Source: Nitrosopumilus sp.
GTDB taxonomy: Archaea > Thermoproteota > Nitrososphaeria > Nitrososphaerales > Nitrosopumilaceae
DNA: 64,000 nt
Assembly (NCBI GenBank): GCA_965218695.1
Contig: OZ244651.1
Span: forward strand, 64,001-128,000
Direction of reading: 5' to 3'
In this document: piece by piece, positions 39,329 through 48,741 of the stretch
Layout of the letters: every line of letters begins with the position of its first letter
How positions within the stretch are numbered: the stretch's first letter is position 1
Made by a program: the position numbers and the translations under genes
Notes under the pieces: generated by a model
Databases searched by the model: none
What the model was told of the DNA's origin: nothing
Seen by the model: only the letters and a program-made list of their open reading frames with translations

Positions 39329-39631
39329 GCCATGCCTTGCCGCCTGCCGCGGGGATTGGCAGGGACGCTGCGCTGCCATGCCTGAAGATCTTGAATGGCA
39401 CTGTTCTGCCACGGGACATCCGCCTTTTTGCATCATGCGGTGCCTGTCGTATGTATCAGGCACCGTCATGCCCGTGCCGGCAATCCGGGCCATGCGGGAT
39501 TTGTCTTGTTTGGGCTTCCAACATGGATATTAGAATATGTATTCGATCCAATTATGTATTAATTTGCTATTACTTCTGCGCTAACTGTGTCAAGAGAAAT
39601 GTATATATCTCACAAATAGAGCTAAAAATAC

Positions 39632-39901
39632 ATGACTCCTATCATAGGTACCTTCCTAAGCATGCTGTCTTCATTGACAGGACAGCTGGGACCAAACTAT
39701 GATCCATTGTTCTACGATGTAATGATTTACATCTTCGGAACCATGATGTTCACAATATTCCTTCTTGGAATCATATCATTCTGGTTGCGTGTACACGGCT
39801 GGGCCTACAAGGACAACCGAGAAAGATGGGTCGACGAGCTGGACAGACACTTCGAACGAGAAGGCATTGGTCTTATTCCAGACAACGGTAAATACTGGTA
39901 G
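39632..39901 (+). CDS. amoY: Probable ammonia monooxygenase accessory subunit AmoY
   Basis: One TM helix and FWLRVHGWAYKD...GIGLIPD tail. BRE/TATA GAGAAATGTATATAT upstream and T-tract downstream. Name is from recall and cluster position. Confidence 0.6.
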   Translation: MTPIIGTFLSMLSSLTGQLGPNYDPLFYDVMIYIFGTMMFTIFLLGIISFWLRVHGWAYKDNRERWVDELDRHFEREGIGLIPDNGKYW

Positions 39902-40105
39902 AATCATTTTTCCCTTTTCATTATTTTAGAATCACTTGTACTGTGTGGTCTCAATATGTGACGCGCTGATCTGGCCGATCTACACCATCTGTCAGTCTGA
40001 ATCCGTGTCAGCCATGGCCGTGCAGTGAGATGTGCTCAAAATATGGTCCCTGCGTTAGTACGTGCGCAGAACCTGTAAAGCACCTACTGCCAGGCACCCA
40101 TCCTG

Positions 40106-40630
40106 TTAGCTCTCAGGCGGAAGGAAGTCTGTGCCCTCTGATGACTCGTATGCCTTTGAGGTAAATTCTACACGGTAGTGTTTTCCGTCCTGCAATGGGT
40201 GGTTGATAAAACTAGGTGACAGTGTGCCGTCTACATATATTGTAGACTTTTCCTGATTCATGTCTCTCAGTGGAAACTCCCACATCCACAAAAAGTGGCC
40301 TATCTCATACGGATACTCCTCTTCCCATTCTGCATAGATCGTCCCATCCCCTGTCAGCGTGTACATGCTTCTTTGACAGCCATCATTGATTCCAACGTTG
40401 GCCGGAATGTCTACCTTCTTGCCGTCAAGGATCAGTTCCAGCGTAGCCCTGATCTTGTATGGCGTGTTCTTGTCATCAATGCATGCCTTGAGCGGGTCAT
40501 TTGGATTGACCACATACTGGAAGGCAGAACTTGTAGCAGCCGCAGAGATACCTATGATTGCAGTGATTATCAGAAATTTGATTGTCCTCTTTCTCTTGTA
40601 GGGGTCACTGGTTCCTGGCCAAATCAACAT
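40106..40630 (-). CDS. Membrane-anchored hypothetical protein in the amo cluster
   Basis: N-terminal TM; CIDD...IPANVGI..GC; start MLIWP with TTTAAA upstream. Confidence 0.8.
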   Translation of the reverse strand: MLIWPGTSDPYKRKRTIKFLIITAIIGISAAATSSAFQYVVNPNDPLKACIDDKNTPYKIRATLELILDGKKVDIPANVGINDGCQRSMYTLTGDGTIYAEWEEEYPYEIGHFLWMWEFPLRDMNQEKSTIYVDGTLSPSFINHPLQDGKHYRVEFTSKAYESSEGTDFLPPES

Positions 40631-40753
40631 CACTGTTCCCCTTGAATCCTTTAAAGTTCTTTTCCTCACCGTGTGTGGGGTCCTGTCAGACCCACGGTAT
40701 TTCTGGCGCATCTTACGCAAACAGGTCTGGATTCGGGCATGCCTGCATGATTC

Positions 40754-41068
40754 TCATCCGTACATGATCTCAATCGTGTCCAGCCTGTCCTGATGGTCTG
40801 CAAGAAAGTATGTAATTACATCCGAGTCGATTTCAAGCCACTCCGATCTTCCCCTGTATGGAATATAGTCTTCCACATACAGATCCTTGGGTCCTGTCAG
40901 TCTGACTATCATGCTACCCCCGGTGGCTTCTATCTCAAATGGCAGTTTGAGCACCTTACCTCTTCTCTGATTCTGAATGTTTACCTTGAACCTGTTAGAA
41001 CGGAATGTTACATCCCCAAAGAAGTAGCTCTGGAATATGTCAAGCCTGTCTATCCTGAAGCTTAGCAT
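40754..41068 (-). CDS. Conserved hypothetical protein downstream of amoB
   Basis: 104-aa ORF with TTAAA box upstream. Confidence 0.78.
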   Translation of the reverse strand: MLSFRIDRLDIFQSYFFGDVTFRSNRFKVNIQNQRRGKVLKLPFEIEATGGSMIVRLTGPKDLYVEDYIPYRGRSEWLEIDSDVITYFLADHQDRLDTIEIMYG

Positions 41069-41132
41069 GCCATTTAATGAAAGATAAAACTCGGTTTAAG
41101 GCTATTGGAAAATGAAAAGGAAAAGGGTGATT

Positions 41133-41702
41133 TTAGATTACTTGCCAGGGTCGTGTCGCAAACGTAATGACATATCCAACACCGATTATGATTGATTGGT
41201 ATGCGATGTTGGTATATGGAATTGGTTTGATGATTGGTTCTCCTTCAACAACTACTGTCTGACCTGGACCAAGTCCGGGACCGACGCTTGCTACGTTGAG
41301 CTGGGTGTGTACGTGATATACCCCTGCCTCTAGTGCCTTTGCAGAAAGGGAGTAGTTGATTTCACCGTTGCCTTCAATATCAAAGACGTTTCCGGGTGGA
41401 TCTCTTGATAGCATCTCCCATCTGTTTCCTGCGTTAGTAGACTCTGAGAATATTGATATCCATCCTCTGAGATCTCTCTCCACTAGGCTGACCAGCTTTC
41501 CCTCAAGTACCAAGGTTTCACCAGTCTGCAGGGATTGTCTGTTGAAGGTCTCGTCTTCGATTCTAATGAAGCGACTCTGGAGTTGTGCCTGGACACCGTG
41601 TGCCTCTGCAGGTGGGAGTATGACTTCAACCCAGTTGAAGCCCAACGTTCCAAGTGCGAGTACCACAGCAAGTCCAAATGCGAACATTCTTTTTTCGACC
41701 AT
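41133..41702 (-). CDS. amoB: Ammonia monooxygenase subunit B
   Basis: AEAHGVQAQLQSRF, GVYHVHTQLNV, GPGLGPG, TRPWQVI. Confidence 0.98.
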   Translation of the reverse strand: MVEKRMFAFGLAVVLALGTLGFNWVEVILPPAEAHGVQAQLQSRFIRIEDETFNRQSLQTGETLVLEGKLVSLVERDLRGWISIFSESTNAGNRWEMLSRDPPGNVFDIEGNGEINYSLSAKALEAGVYHVHTQLNVASVGPGLGPGQTVVVEGEPIIKPIPYTNIAYQSIIIGVGYVITFATRPWQVI

Positions 41703-41954
41703 AGTTATCCCTAATAATCAGAAAATCACATACGTCGTTATATGTTTTACTTTCATCCGGAGCAATTGCCTTATTGGTTGTTTATCATCAATGATTAACA
41801 ATGAAAGTCAGCAAAATGTAATAAAATTTTTTTAGAAAATGACATGTTATATCGAATTATTTACATTAAAATCTAAAATAATTATTAAAAAATTAATCAA
41901 AATTTCTGTCAAAGGAGAGTCTTACTTTATATGTAGATCTTACCGAATAGATCT
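41703..41954. promoter_or_regulatory. AT-rich divergent amoB/amoC promoter region
   Basis: Markedly AT-rich spacer; TATA boxes at about 41926 (CTTTATAT, +) and 41738-41744 (-). Confidence 0.7.
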
Positions 41955-42518
41955 ATGGCACAAATGCCGGCATTAATCCCAAAGGAAGTTGAGATTCAGA
42001 GACTAAAGAAGATCTGGCTCATCGTCATTGCTATGGGATCAACTGCTGCGTCAGTCGAAGTAGACAACTTCGTAGATGGTTCCCTACATCAGACCTCTAT
42101 CAGAGACAGTGCATTCACCCCAGCACACTGGTGGCTGTACTCACACTTTGTTGCATTACCACTTGGATGGGGTGCAGCAGCAATCTATGATAGAAAGGTT
42201 CCAATTCTCAGAGGCCCAAACAACTCGATGAACACCGGATTGAAGATGACCATTCTTGGTTATCTTGCAACCATGTTTACGATTGGAATCAACGAGATGT
42301 GGCACTTTTGGTTTGTAGAGGAGATCTTTGCTGTTCCAAACCATTGGATGTTTAACATGGGTGTCGTAGTGGCATTCATGGGCGCACTTGCATACGTGGT
42401 TAGGGTATATGCCCGACTAGTAGAGCTTGGTGCAGAGACTCCAGGTGAGAACCCATACGTTGCAGAAATGTACAAGATGGCCTTGGAAGGCAAGCTGTAC
42501 AGCAGATCAATCCCATAA
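41955..42518 (+). CDS. amoC: Ammonia monooxygenase subunit C
   Basis: MAQMPALIPKEVEIQRLKK, DGSLHQTSIRDSAFTPAHWWLY, NEMWHFWFVEE. Confidence 0.98.
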   Translation: MAQMPALIPKEVEIQRLKKIWLIVIAMGSTAASVEVDNFVDGSLHQTSIRDSAFTPAHWWLYSHFVALPLGWGAAAIYDRKVPILRGPNNSMNTGLKMTILGYLATMFTIGINEMWHFWFVEEIFAVPNHWMFNMGVVVAFMGALAYVVRVYARLVELGAETPGENPYVAEMYKMALEGKLYSRSIP

Positions 42519-43547
42519 TCCTATGTGCAAATTAGCACATTTTTTTATTGATTCCAAGGCAGACGATTTGCCGCATCTGTGCCAGACAAACGAATCCATC
42601 AATGCAGAATGAATCCATATGTGGCTAGGGCAAAAGAGTTCGGTAAAACTGGGCCCATCAAACTGAAAACCATGAAGGCGGGTAGGGATTTTCTGTTCCT
42701 TATTCCGGATGGCAACCATTGCATCATAAGATCTGCCCCTGTGATGCATTTTGACATGCATGTTGGCCGCATTCTGATTAATACCTGCCGTGTCGGCTCC
42801 AAAACGCAATCGGATGTGGGATGGACAGATTATTGCGATTGTGGACACAATCCTGTTCGACAGTAGATGTGATTATGATCCAAGCCCTGCATGATTTCAC
42901 ATGACTGAATCGGGTGACGCTGTACCGGAACTGATCCGGTCCGTGCAGGCGAACCTGCATGTCTGAATAATGAAATGATCTGACTGGGATGAGATCGCAT
43001 GTACAGCAGTTCTGATCCGGAATCATACAGAGACGGATCCGTGGTATGCCTTATGCCTGATGTGGCGTTGTTTGTGGATTTGTGGACTGTTCTAGACCAT
43101 ACAATCAGTCTTCCCAGAAGTACCTGAAAACAGCCCAAAATCAAAACAGATCAATTAGGGCAATCTCAGAAGGTCATCGAACTACCAATGAACCAACTGA
43201 GACGCGACTTGCTTAACAACCCACGCATATATCAAGATGTTCTGGACACGGTAGGGGCAGGCATGTCCCCGTGCATCATGGTCTCACACAGGCACAATGC
43301 CATCTACGGCACCGAGGATTTTCACAGAAGCATGGCAGGCGCATGTGCGCACGGCAGGCAGGTGGCCGGATGCACCAGGTCCTCCAAGAGAATCGGCGGT
43401 GCAGACGGGGACTCACGCCCAAGTGATGAGTGGATGCGCGATGCGGCATCCCGGACGCGTGGCAGCGACGTCTACAAATGCTTTGCCAAGACAGTCGTCC
43501 TGCAGCTTGACCAGATGCGCAAGATGAGACTGCTCAAGAAAGACCAG

Positions 43548-44719
43548 AGACATAATCCGTAATTAGAAATTGTACATATTTTCCTATACTGTGTAGGTTT
43601 TTTGACTCCTATCAGGTTGCTTCCCGGACTAGGAGAACCCTGAGGTTGGCAAATCCGCAGACGATGTCATTGACGGTGTCGTATTTTTTCAGGCGGTTTC
43701 GGTAGACACCGCTCATTATGCGAAACCGTTTGACCCTGCGGATGGCGTGCTCCACATACACCCGTGCCTTTGAGTGCTTTTTGTTGAATTCCTTCTGCTC
43801 GGGGGACAATTCTGCGCCTTTTTGCTTCTTGTACGGCACTACTGCATCCCGGTCAGGAAATTCTTTGTTGATCCCCTGGTATCCGTTGTCCAGGATCTCT
43901 CTGACTTTGATCCTTTCCTTGTCCTTGCTCCCGTCCTTGCGTGGAAGGTTGTCAGGGAATGTCGGGTGTTTCTTCTTGAATACTGCAAAGTCGTGGATCC
44001 TGCCCGGGGAATGCCGGGTCTTGTGAAGGATGAGGCCGTCCGTGGCCGACGTGTACTGGACCTTGGACGTGTGCCTGTGTGCCTTGCCCGAGTAGTGGGA
44101 CCGTTCCATGTCCTTGCGTCCGGGACGCTGTATCTGCTGCTCGGAGGCATCAATCAGGGCAGTCAGGCCAGGAATGATCTCCTCAAGATCGTCAAGCGTC
44201 TTGGTGGCCTTGATGTTGGCGTAGATCTTTGACGGAAGCGGAACGCACTGCCGGATCGACGGCTCCAGTGCCCCCATGCTGCGGGACACACTGGCCTGAC
44301 CCACATGGAACGTCAGGGCAAGAAGATCCTGCGTAGCGTATGTCCTGTAATAAAACAGGACCAGAAGAAACCTGTTTTTCAGATCCAGTTTCCACCTGCG
44401 TCCGGCACCAATGCCGCGCACCCTGCTTCTTTTGGCGAGTCGCTTTTGCTCTGCCTTGGGGTATTTTTTTGCCAGCCGCCCTGCCACCAAATTAAATTCG
44501 GAGACTGTCAGTCCAGTGCACCGGATGAACAGTTTGGGCTTTTTTGCTAATTTGTCGTATAATGACATGCTTTGACATTGGCAATCAGAATAAAACACGG
44601 CTGACGTATAGTTTTGATCATCGGGCAAGTTCGAATTGACATGCAATTCCATGCAGTCAGCCAGATTTGTCCTGCAATGCGTCCAATCTCGTGATTATGC
44701 CCAATTACGGATGATGTCT
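43548..44719 (-). mobile_element. IS5-family (ISL2/DDE_4-like) element, copy 2
   Basis: Same TIR as 30212-31383. 3-bp TSD CAG at 43545-43547 and 44720-44722. Confidence 0.93.
43612..44568 (-). CDS. IS5-family (DDE_4) transposase
   Basis: Near-identical to 30276-31232. Confidence 0.92.
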   Translation of the reverse strand: MSLYDKLAKKPKLFIRCTGLTVSEFNLVAGRLAKKYPKAEQKRLAKRSRVRGIGAGRRWKLDLKNRFLLVLFYYRTYATQDLLALTFHVGQASVSRSMGALEPSIRQCVPLPSKIYANIKATKTLDDLEEIIPGLTALIDASEQQIQRPGRKDMERSHYSGKAHRHTSKVQYTSATDGLILHKTRHSPGRIHDFAVFKKKHPTFPDNLPRKDGSKDKERIKVREILDNGYQGINKEFPDRDAVVPYKKQKGAELSPEQKEFNKKHSKARVYVEHAIRRVKRFRIMSGVYRNRLKKYDTVNDIVCGFANLRVLLVREAT

Positions 44720-45577
44720 CAGGAGATTGACTTGGCAATCGACATGCACCTGATACCCAGATACGACAAGAGCTACGGGGCAGAACTGGTGCGCTCAAAG
44801 GCCAAGGACGGGACACACGTCTTTGAGAGGTACATCACGATACAGTCCACGGTTCAGAACCTTCGCCTCGTGTTAGGCGTCCTGAACATGCCGTCACTTG
44901 AGGATACTGCCGATTTCGTGCGTAAAATCATCGGCTCTGCACGGGACGTGGGGGCCTGCATCGGAATGGCGATGCTGGACAGGGAGTTCTTTACGGCAGA
45001 CGTAATGGGGACGCTTGGGGACATGGGCATCAAATATCTGATACCATGCAAGAATACGGATACTGTGGTGGATGCCATCGCAGAGTTTGCTACAGGCAGG
45101 CGCGGCCGCGTCTCCAAATCCGTCATCGTCGGGGGAGATGGCAGGGAGGTGTCGTATACGATGACCATCACAGAAAGGAAGAAGAGGAAGAAAAGAAAGG
45201 ACGACGACGAGCTGCTGCCGCACGAGAAATACATCGGGTTTGCCACCAACGTCCCCGACGTGGATCCGGACTCGTACGGGAACAGGTGGGGCATAGAGAC
45301 TGGATACCGGATGATAGAAAACACAAGGGCCAAGACGCACAGCAAGAACCCGATGGCGCGACTTTTGTGCTTTGTGTACTCTGTAGCCGTCTTTAACGCT
45401 TGGGTAATGGCAAACGCAACGCTGATGCACGTTACCGGGATTTATCCCACGGATCCCCCGATCACCCAACAGGATCTCAGGGACATGCTGCTGTTGCTGA
45501 TCGTATTTGGCTACAAAGAGCCGCCGGAGCCCCCGCCGCCGGTGCTACCCTGAGCTACTTCTGGGAAGACTGACAAT

Positions 45578-46869
45578 CAGTTAAGTCAAATGTGCGCCCC
45601 AACTACGGAGGCGGTTCAGGCTCCGGTTTGATCTCGAACATGGCCATCATCAAGGTCTCCAAAAATGTGATCTGTGCAATGACTGGCTCGCCGTCCCATC
45701 GGGATTGTGCCAACTCGACGTTTGCGCACACCCACATGTTGTACATGAGCAGCGCGTACGCAAAGTAAATCGTCCTGGGGGCCACGCCGGCGCTCGAGGT
45801 CTTTATCCGGGTATTTTCGATCATCCGGTATCCGGTCTCTATCCCCCAGCGCATGGCGTACTTTTCAACGTCAAGCCAGGGGGCGTTCGTGGCAAACATG
45901 ATGAATTTTTCTTCAGGCTTTAGATCCTTCTTTTCTTTCTTCTTTTTGCTGATTCTCTTTCTTGGGACGATGATTCCATAGTATGACGCGCTGATCTTGT
46001 CGGGGTTGGAGATGCTCATCTTGGATACCTTTTTGGATCCGGTGGATGCATGGTGTGCCAGAGCCTTCTTGATGGGACCTGTGTTGATGCACGGAATCAG
46101 GTACCGCACTCCCGTGGAGTCAAGCGTCCTGATCACGTCCGTGGAGTAAAACTCGCGGTCAAGCAAGAACAGTCTGGGGTTTACGCCTGCATGCCTGACT
46201 TGTTCGATGATTTTACGCACGAAAACTGCATTCAAGGAGTGCTGCGTCATGTTCAGGACCGCAAGGTTCAGCCGCGAGCCCGCGTTGACGCATTGGGCCG
46301 TGATGTACGTCTCAAACACGTTCGTGCCACCCTTGCGCTTGCTGCGCACCAGCTTGTTCTCCCATTTTTTGTCGTACCGCGGTATGAGGTGCTTGTCTAT
46401 TGCCACGACGGGTCTTTTTGGGAACCTTCCTGCTGCCCTGATCGAGGCGACCTGCCCGGATATGATCGTGCCGATGCATCCTTCCGCGAGACCAGTCTCT
46501 ACGTTCTTTGTGCGTTGCCTGAACCACTCTGCAGTCGGCATGCGGGGGTTCCGTGCAGAAGTCGCCATCCTCGACTCCCGGATGGCTGTTACGACCGACG
46601 TCAGGTTGGAGCCGGTCATCACCGCCTTTATCATCATCTTGTGGAATATTTCGGGATCGTAGACGGTGTTGTACCTGTCCGAAAAACTGATGCACGACAG
46701 GCCCCCCAGCATGGCCACGTAGATACGTGAATATATGGAAACATTGTGTCCAATGTTGCGTTTCAGGTGGCGTTTGTTTGGTCGCAATATGTCATCTGGA
46801 ACGCACTTTCATAGATCTGTTTCGGTTCCAGCCTAATCGGGTTCATTTGGTGCACATTTGACTTAACTG
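45578..46869 (-). mobile_element. ISH3-group element B
   Basis: TIR CAGTTAAGTCAAATGTGC. TSD ACAAT at 45573-45577 and 46870-46874. Confidence 0.92.
45603..46787 (-). CDS. ISH3-type transposase
   Basis: AIDKH, LDREFYS, YAMRWGIETGYR. Start uncertain. Confidence 0.9.
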   Translation of the reverse strand: MRPNKRHLKRNIGHNVSIYSRIYVAMLGGLSCISFSDRYNTVYDPEIFHKMMIKAVMTGSNLTSVVTAIRESRMATSARNPRMPTAEWFRQRTKNVETGLAEGCIGTIISGQVASIRAAGRFPKRPVVAIDKHLIPRYDKKWENKLVRSKRKGGTNVFETYITAQCVNAGSRLNLAVLNMTQHSLNAVFVRKIIEQVRHAGVNPRLFLLDREFYSTDVIRTLDSTGVRYLIPCINTGPIKKALAHHASTGSKKVSKMSISNPDKISASYYGIIVPRKRISKKKKEKKDLKPEEKFIMFATNAPWLDVEKYAMRWGIETGYRMIENTRIKTSSAGVAPRTIYFAYALLMYNMWVCANVELAQSRWDGEPVIAQITFLETLMMAMFEIKPEPEPPP

Positions 46870-46916
46870 ACAATTAAGAAAGATTTAAAAGGATTCTAAA
46901 ACACCATAATCTCATA

Positions 46917-47279
46917 ATGACTCTTCCAAAGGGATTCGGCTCTGGCAGTGCTGGTGGTTCATCAAGTGCTGATGTAGAACGAATGATTGGAAAACGCGTT
47001 GAAAATATGACCGGTTTGATTACACTCTCATACTGGGCAGCATTGTTGGCCACTTTTGGCGGTACTGCAGCTGGATACTTTTATTATCCTTGGGCATATC
47101 CCACACCAAGCGGTCACTATGCATTCATCGTACTTGCAATCATCGAGGCAATAGGTTACATCTTCTGTGTCAAGGTCATGGAAGAAGGTTCCAACAAGAA
47201 TAGTAATGGTATAGTTGCCGGAAGTATTGCTGCTTCAGTAGCATTTGTACTGTTTGTAGCATTGTTTGTTGGCCATTAA
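46917..47279 (+). CDS. amoX: Ammonia monooxygenase subunit X
   Basis: MTLPKGFG, DVERMIGKRVENM, YYPWAYP; lies between amoC and amoA; GAAAGATTTAAAA promoter. Confidence 0.92.
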   Translation: MTLPKGFGSGSAGGSSSADVERMIGKRVENMTGLITLSYWAALLATFGGTAAGYFYYPWAYPTPSGHYAFIVLAIIEAIGYIFCVKVMEEGSNKNSNGIVAGSIAASVAFVLFVALFVGH

Positions 47280-47890
47280 CTTCGAAGTCCTTAGCACACC
47301 TCTTTTTCATTTTAGGGTAAGAGCAACGCTTGTACAAGTACGCAAAAACGCATAGTCAGGATCAGTCGTGTTCCCATATTTTCTGAGATCCTTCTCGGTT
47401 TCTTCCTGAATGGCGAAGCGATTTGGCGTAAGTCCTGTTTGGTTCACTGCATACTTTGACGGCATTCCATGTTGTTCTGCAGGCATGTCTTGGGCAGTGT
47501 TGTTCACTGCATTCTCTCCTGATACATCCGCCATTCCGATTGGTACCTGCGTGGGTTTTTGTGCACGTGACTGCCGGCGCTTTTGATGAATTGCGCCTCC
47601 ATACTTCAGGCAGGTTGTTCTACTCAGGATAGTAGCGCGTCTACTATGCCGCGTCTTGTGGAACAGTTTGGTCCGTGCATCCTGCGCCAACGTCTGGTCA
47701 TGCCAGATGCCTTTCAGGTCCCTGACAACCACAACCGCGGATACGCAAGATCGCAAAATGAAGACAGTCTGCCATTTCCGGCAAAATCTCCATACATGGG
47801 TCCTGATATGGGGGGTTTTGGGCGTTTGGGCATGTAATTGCCATAAATGCACTCTAAAATTTTATATATTGACGATTTTCTAAACTGTTT

Positions 47891-48541
47891 ATGGTCTGGT
47901 TAAGACGATGTACCCACTACTTATTCATAGTAGTAGTTGCAGTTAACTCTACACTGTTAACGATTAATGCAGGTGACTACATCTTCTACACTGATTGGGC
48001 CTGGACTTCGTACACGGTATTCTCAATATCGCAGACGTTGATGCTTGTTGTAGGTGCAACATACTACCTAACATTTACAGGCGTTCCAGGTACCGCGACG
48101 TACTACGCCCTGATTATGACAGTCTATACATGGATAGCCAAAGGTGCATGGTTTTCCCTTGGATATCCATACGACTTCATTGTAACGCCAGTCTGGTTGC
48201 CATCCGCAATGCTGTTGGATTTGGTATACTGGGCTACGAAGAAGAACAAACACTCGTTGATACTGTTCGGCGGCGTACTTGTAGGAATGTCATTACCATT
48301 GTTCAACATGGTAAACCTGATAACAGTCGCAGACCCACTAGAAACGGCATTCAAATACCCAAGACCGACACTGCCACCATACATGACACCGATAGAACCG
48401 CAGGTAGGCAAGTTCTATAACAGCCCAGTTGCTCTAGGTGCAGGTGCAGGTGCAGTCTTGGCATGTACGTTTGCAGCCCTAGGTTGTAAGCTCAATACAT
48501 GGACTTACAGATGGATGGCCGCATGGTCCAAGTGGGATTAA
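47891..48541 (+). CDS. amoA: Ammonia monooxygenase subunit A
   Basis: MVWLRRCTHYLFIVVVAVNSTLLTINAGDYIFYTDWAW...WSKWD; TTTATAT box upstream. Confidence 0.99.
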   Translation: MVWLRRCTHYLFIVVVAVNSTLLTINAGDYIFYTDWAWTSYTVFSISQTLMLVVGATYYLTFTGVPGTATYYALIMTVYTWIAKGAWFSLGYPYDFIVTPVWLPSAMLLDLVYWATKKNKHSLILFGGVLVGMSLPLFNMVNLITVADPLETAFKYPRPTLPPYMTPIEPQVGKFYNSPVALGAGAGAVLACTFAALGCKLNTWTYRWMAAWSKWD

Positions 48542-48548
48542 ACCCAAC

Positions 48549-48563
48549 CTTCCTTTTCCTTTT
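48549..48563 (+). terminator. Pyrimidine/T-tract terminator after amoA
   Basis: cttccttttcctttt. Confidence 0.5.
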
Positions 48564-48741
48564 CTAAGCGTCTCCTAGAGTGTGCCCTGCATGTCTGATG
48601 GGAACCAAGCATGCATTCGGTCAAACGCTGCAATTTACGCCTGAATAAAGGATCATGTCTGGCACACGTTCGAAAAAACTATGCACATTGTCGTCATATC
48701 TTGCTTCTGGATCTGTTAAAAATATTTTTTGAACGATTGCT

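Larger units (their letters stand above)
35844..39587 (+). mobile_element. ISH3-group composite unit (extra terminal fragment + ISH3 carrying an IS66)
   Basis: TIRs CAGTTAACGCAGAAGTA (35844), CAGTTAACACAGAAGTA (36007) and TACTTCTGCGCTAACTG (ends 39587). 5-bp TSD TGTCA at 35839-35843 and 39588-39592. Confidence 0.87.
43188..45553 (+). pseudogene. ISH3 transposase split by IS5 insertion
   Basis: Removing 43548-44722 rejoins the frame: ...LLKKDQ|EIDLAIDMH... Confidence 0.9.
43106..45572 (+). mobile_element. ISH3-group element A, interrupted by an IS5-family element
   Basis: TIR CAGTCTTCCCAGAAGTA. TSD ACAAT at 43101-43105 and 45573-45577. Confidence 0.92.

Noticed and set aside
30212-44719. Composite transposon carrying amoZ-amoC between the two IS5/DDE_4 copies
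   Set aside because: Copy 2 has its own CAG TSD inside an ISH3 gene, and the outer flanks (ACG, CAG) do not match.
44636-45553. Stand-alone 305-aa transposase ORF
   Set aside because: Its first 28 codons come from the inserted IS5 end; it is the C-terminal part of the split ISH3 gene starting at 43188.
47307-47852. 181-aa antisense ORF between amoX and amoA
   Set aside because: No motifs, and its start overlaps the amoA promoter region. A shorter C-terminal ORF cannot be excluded but is unsupported.
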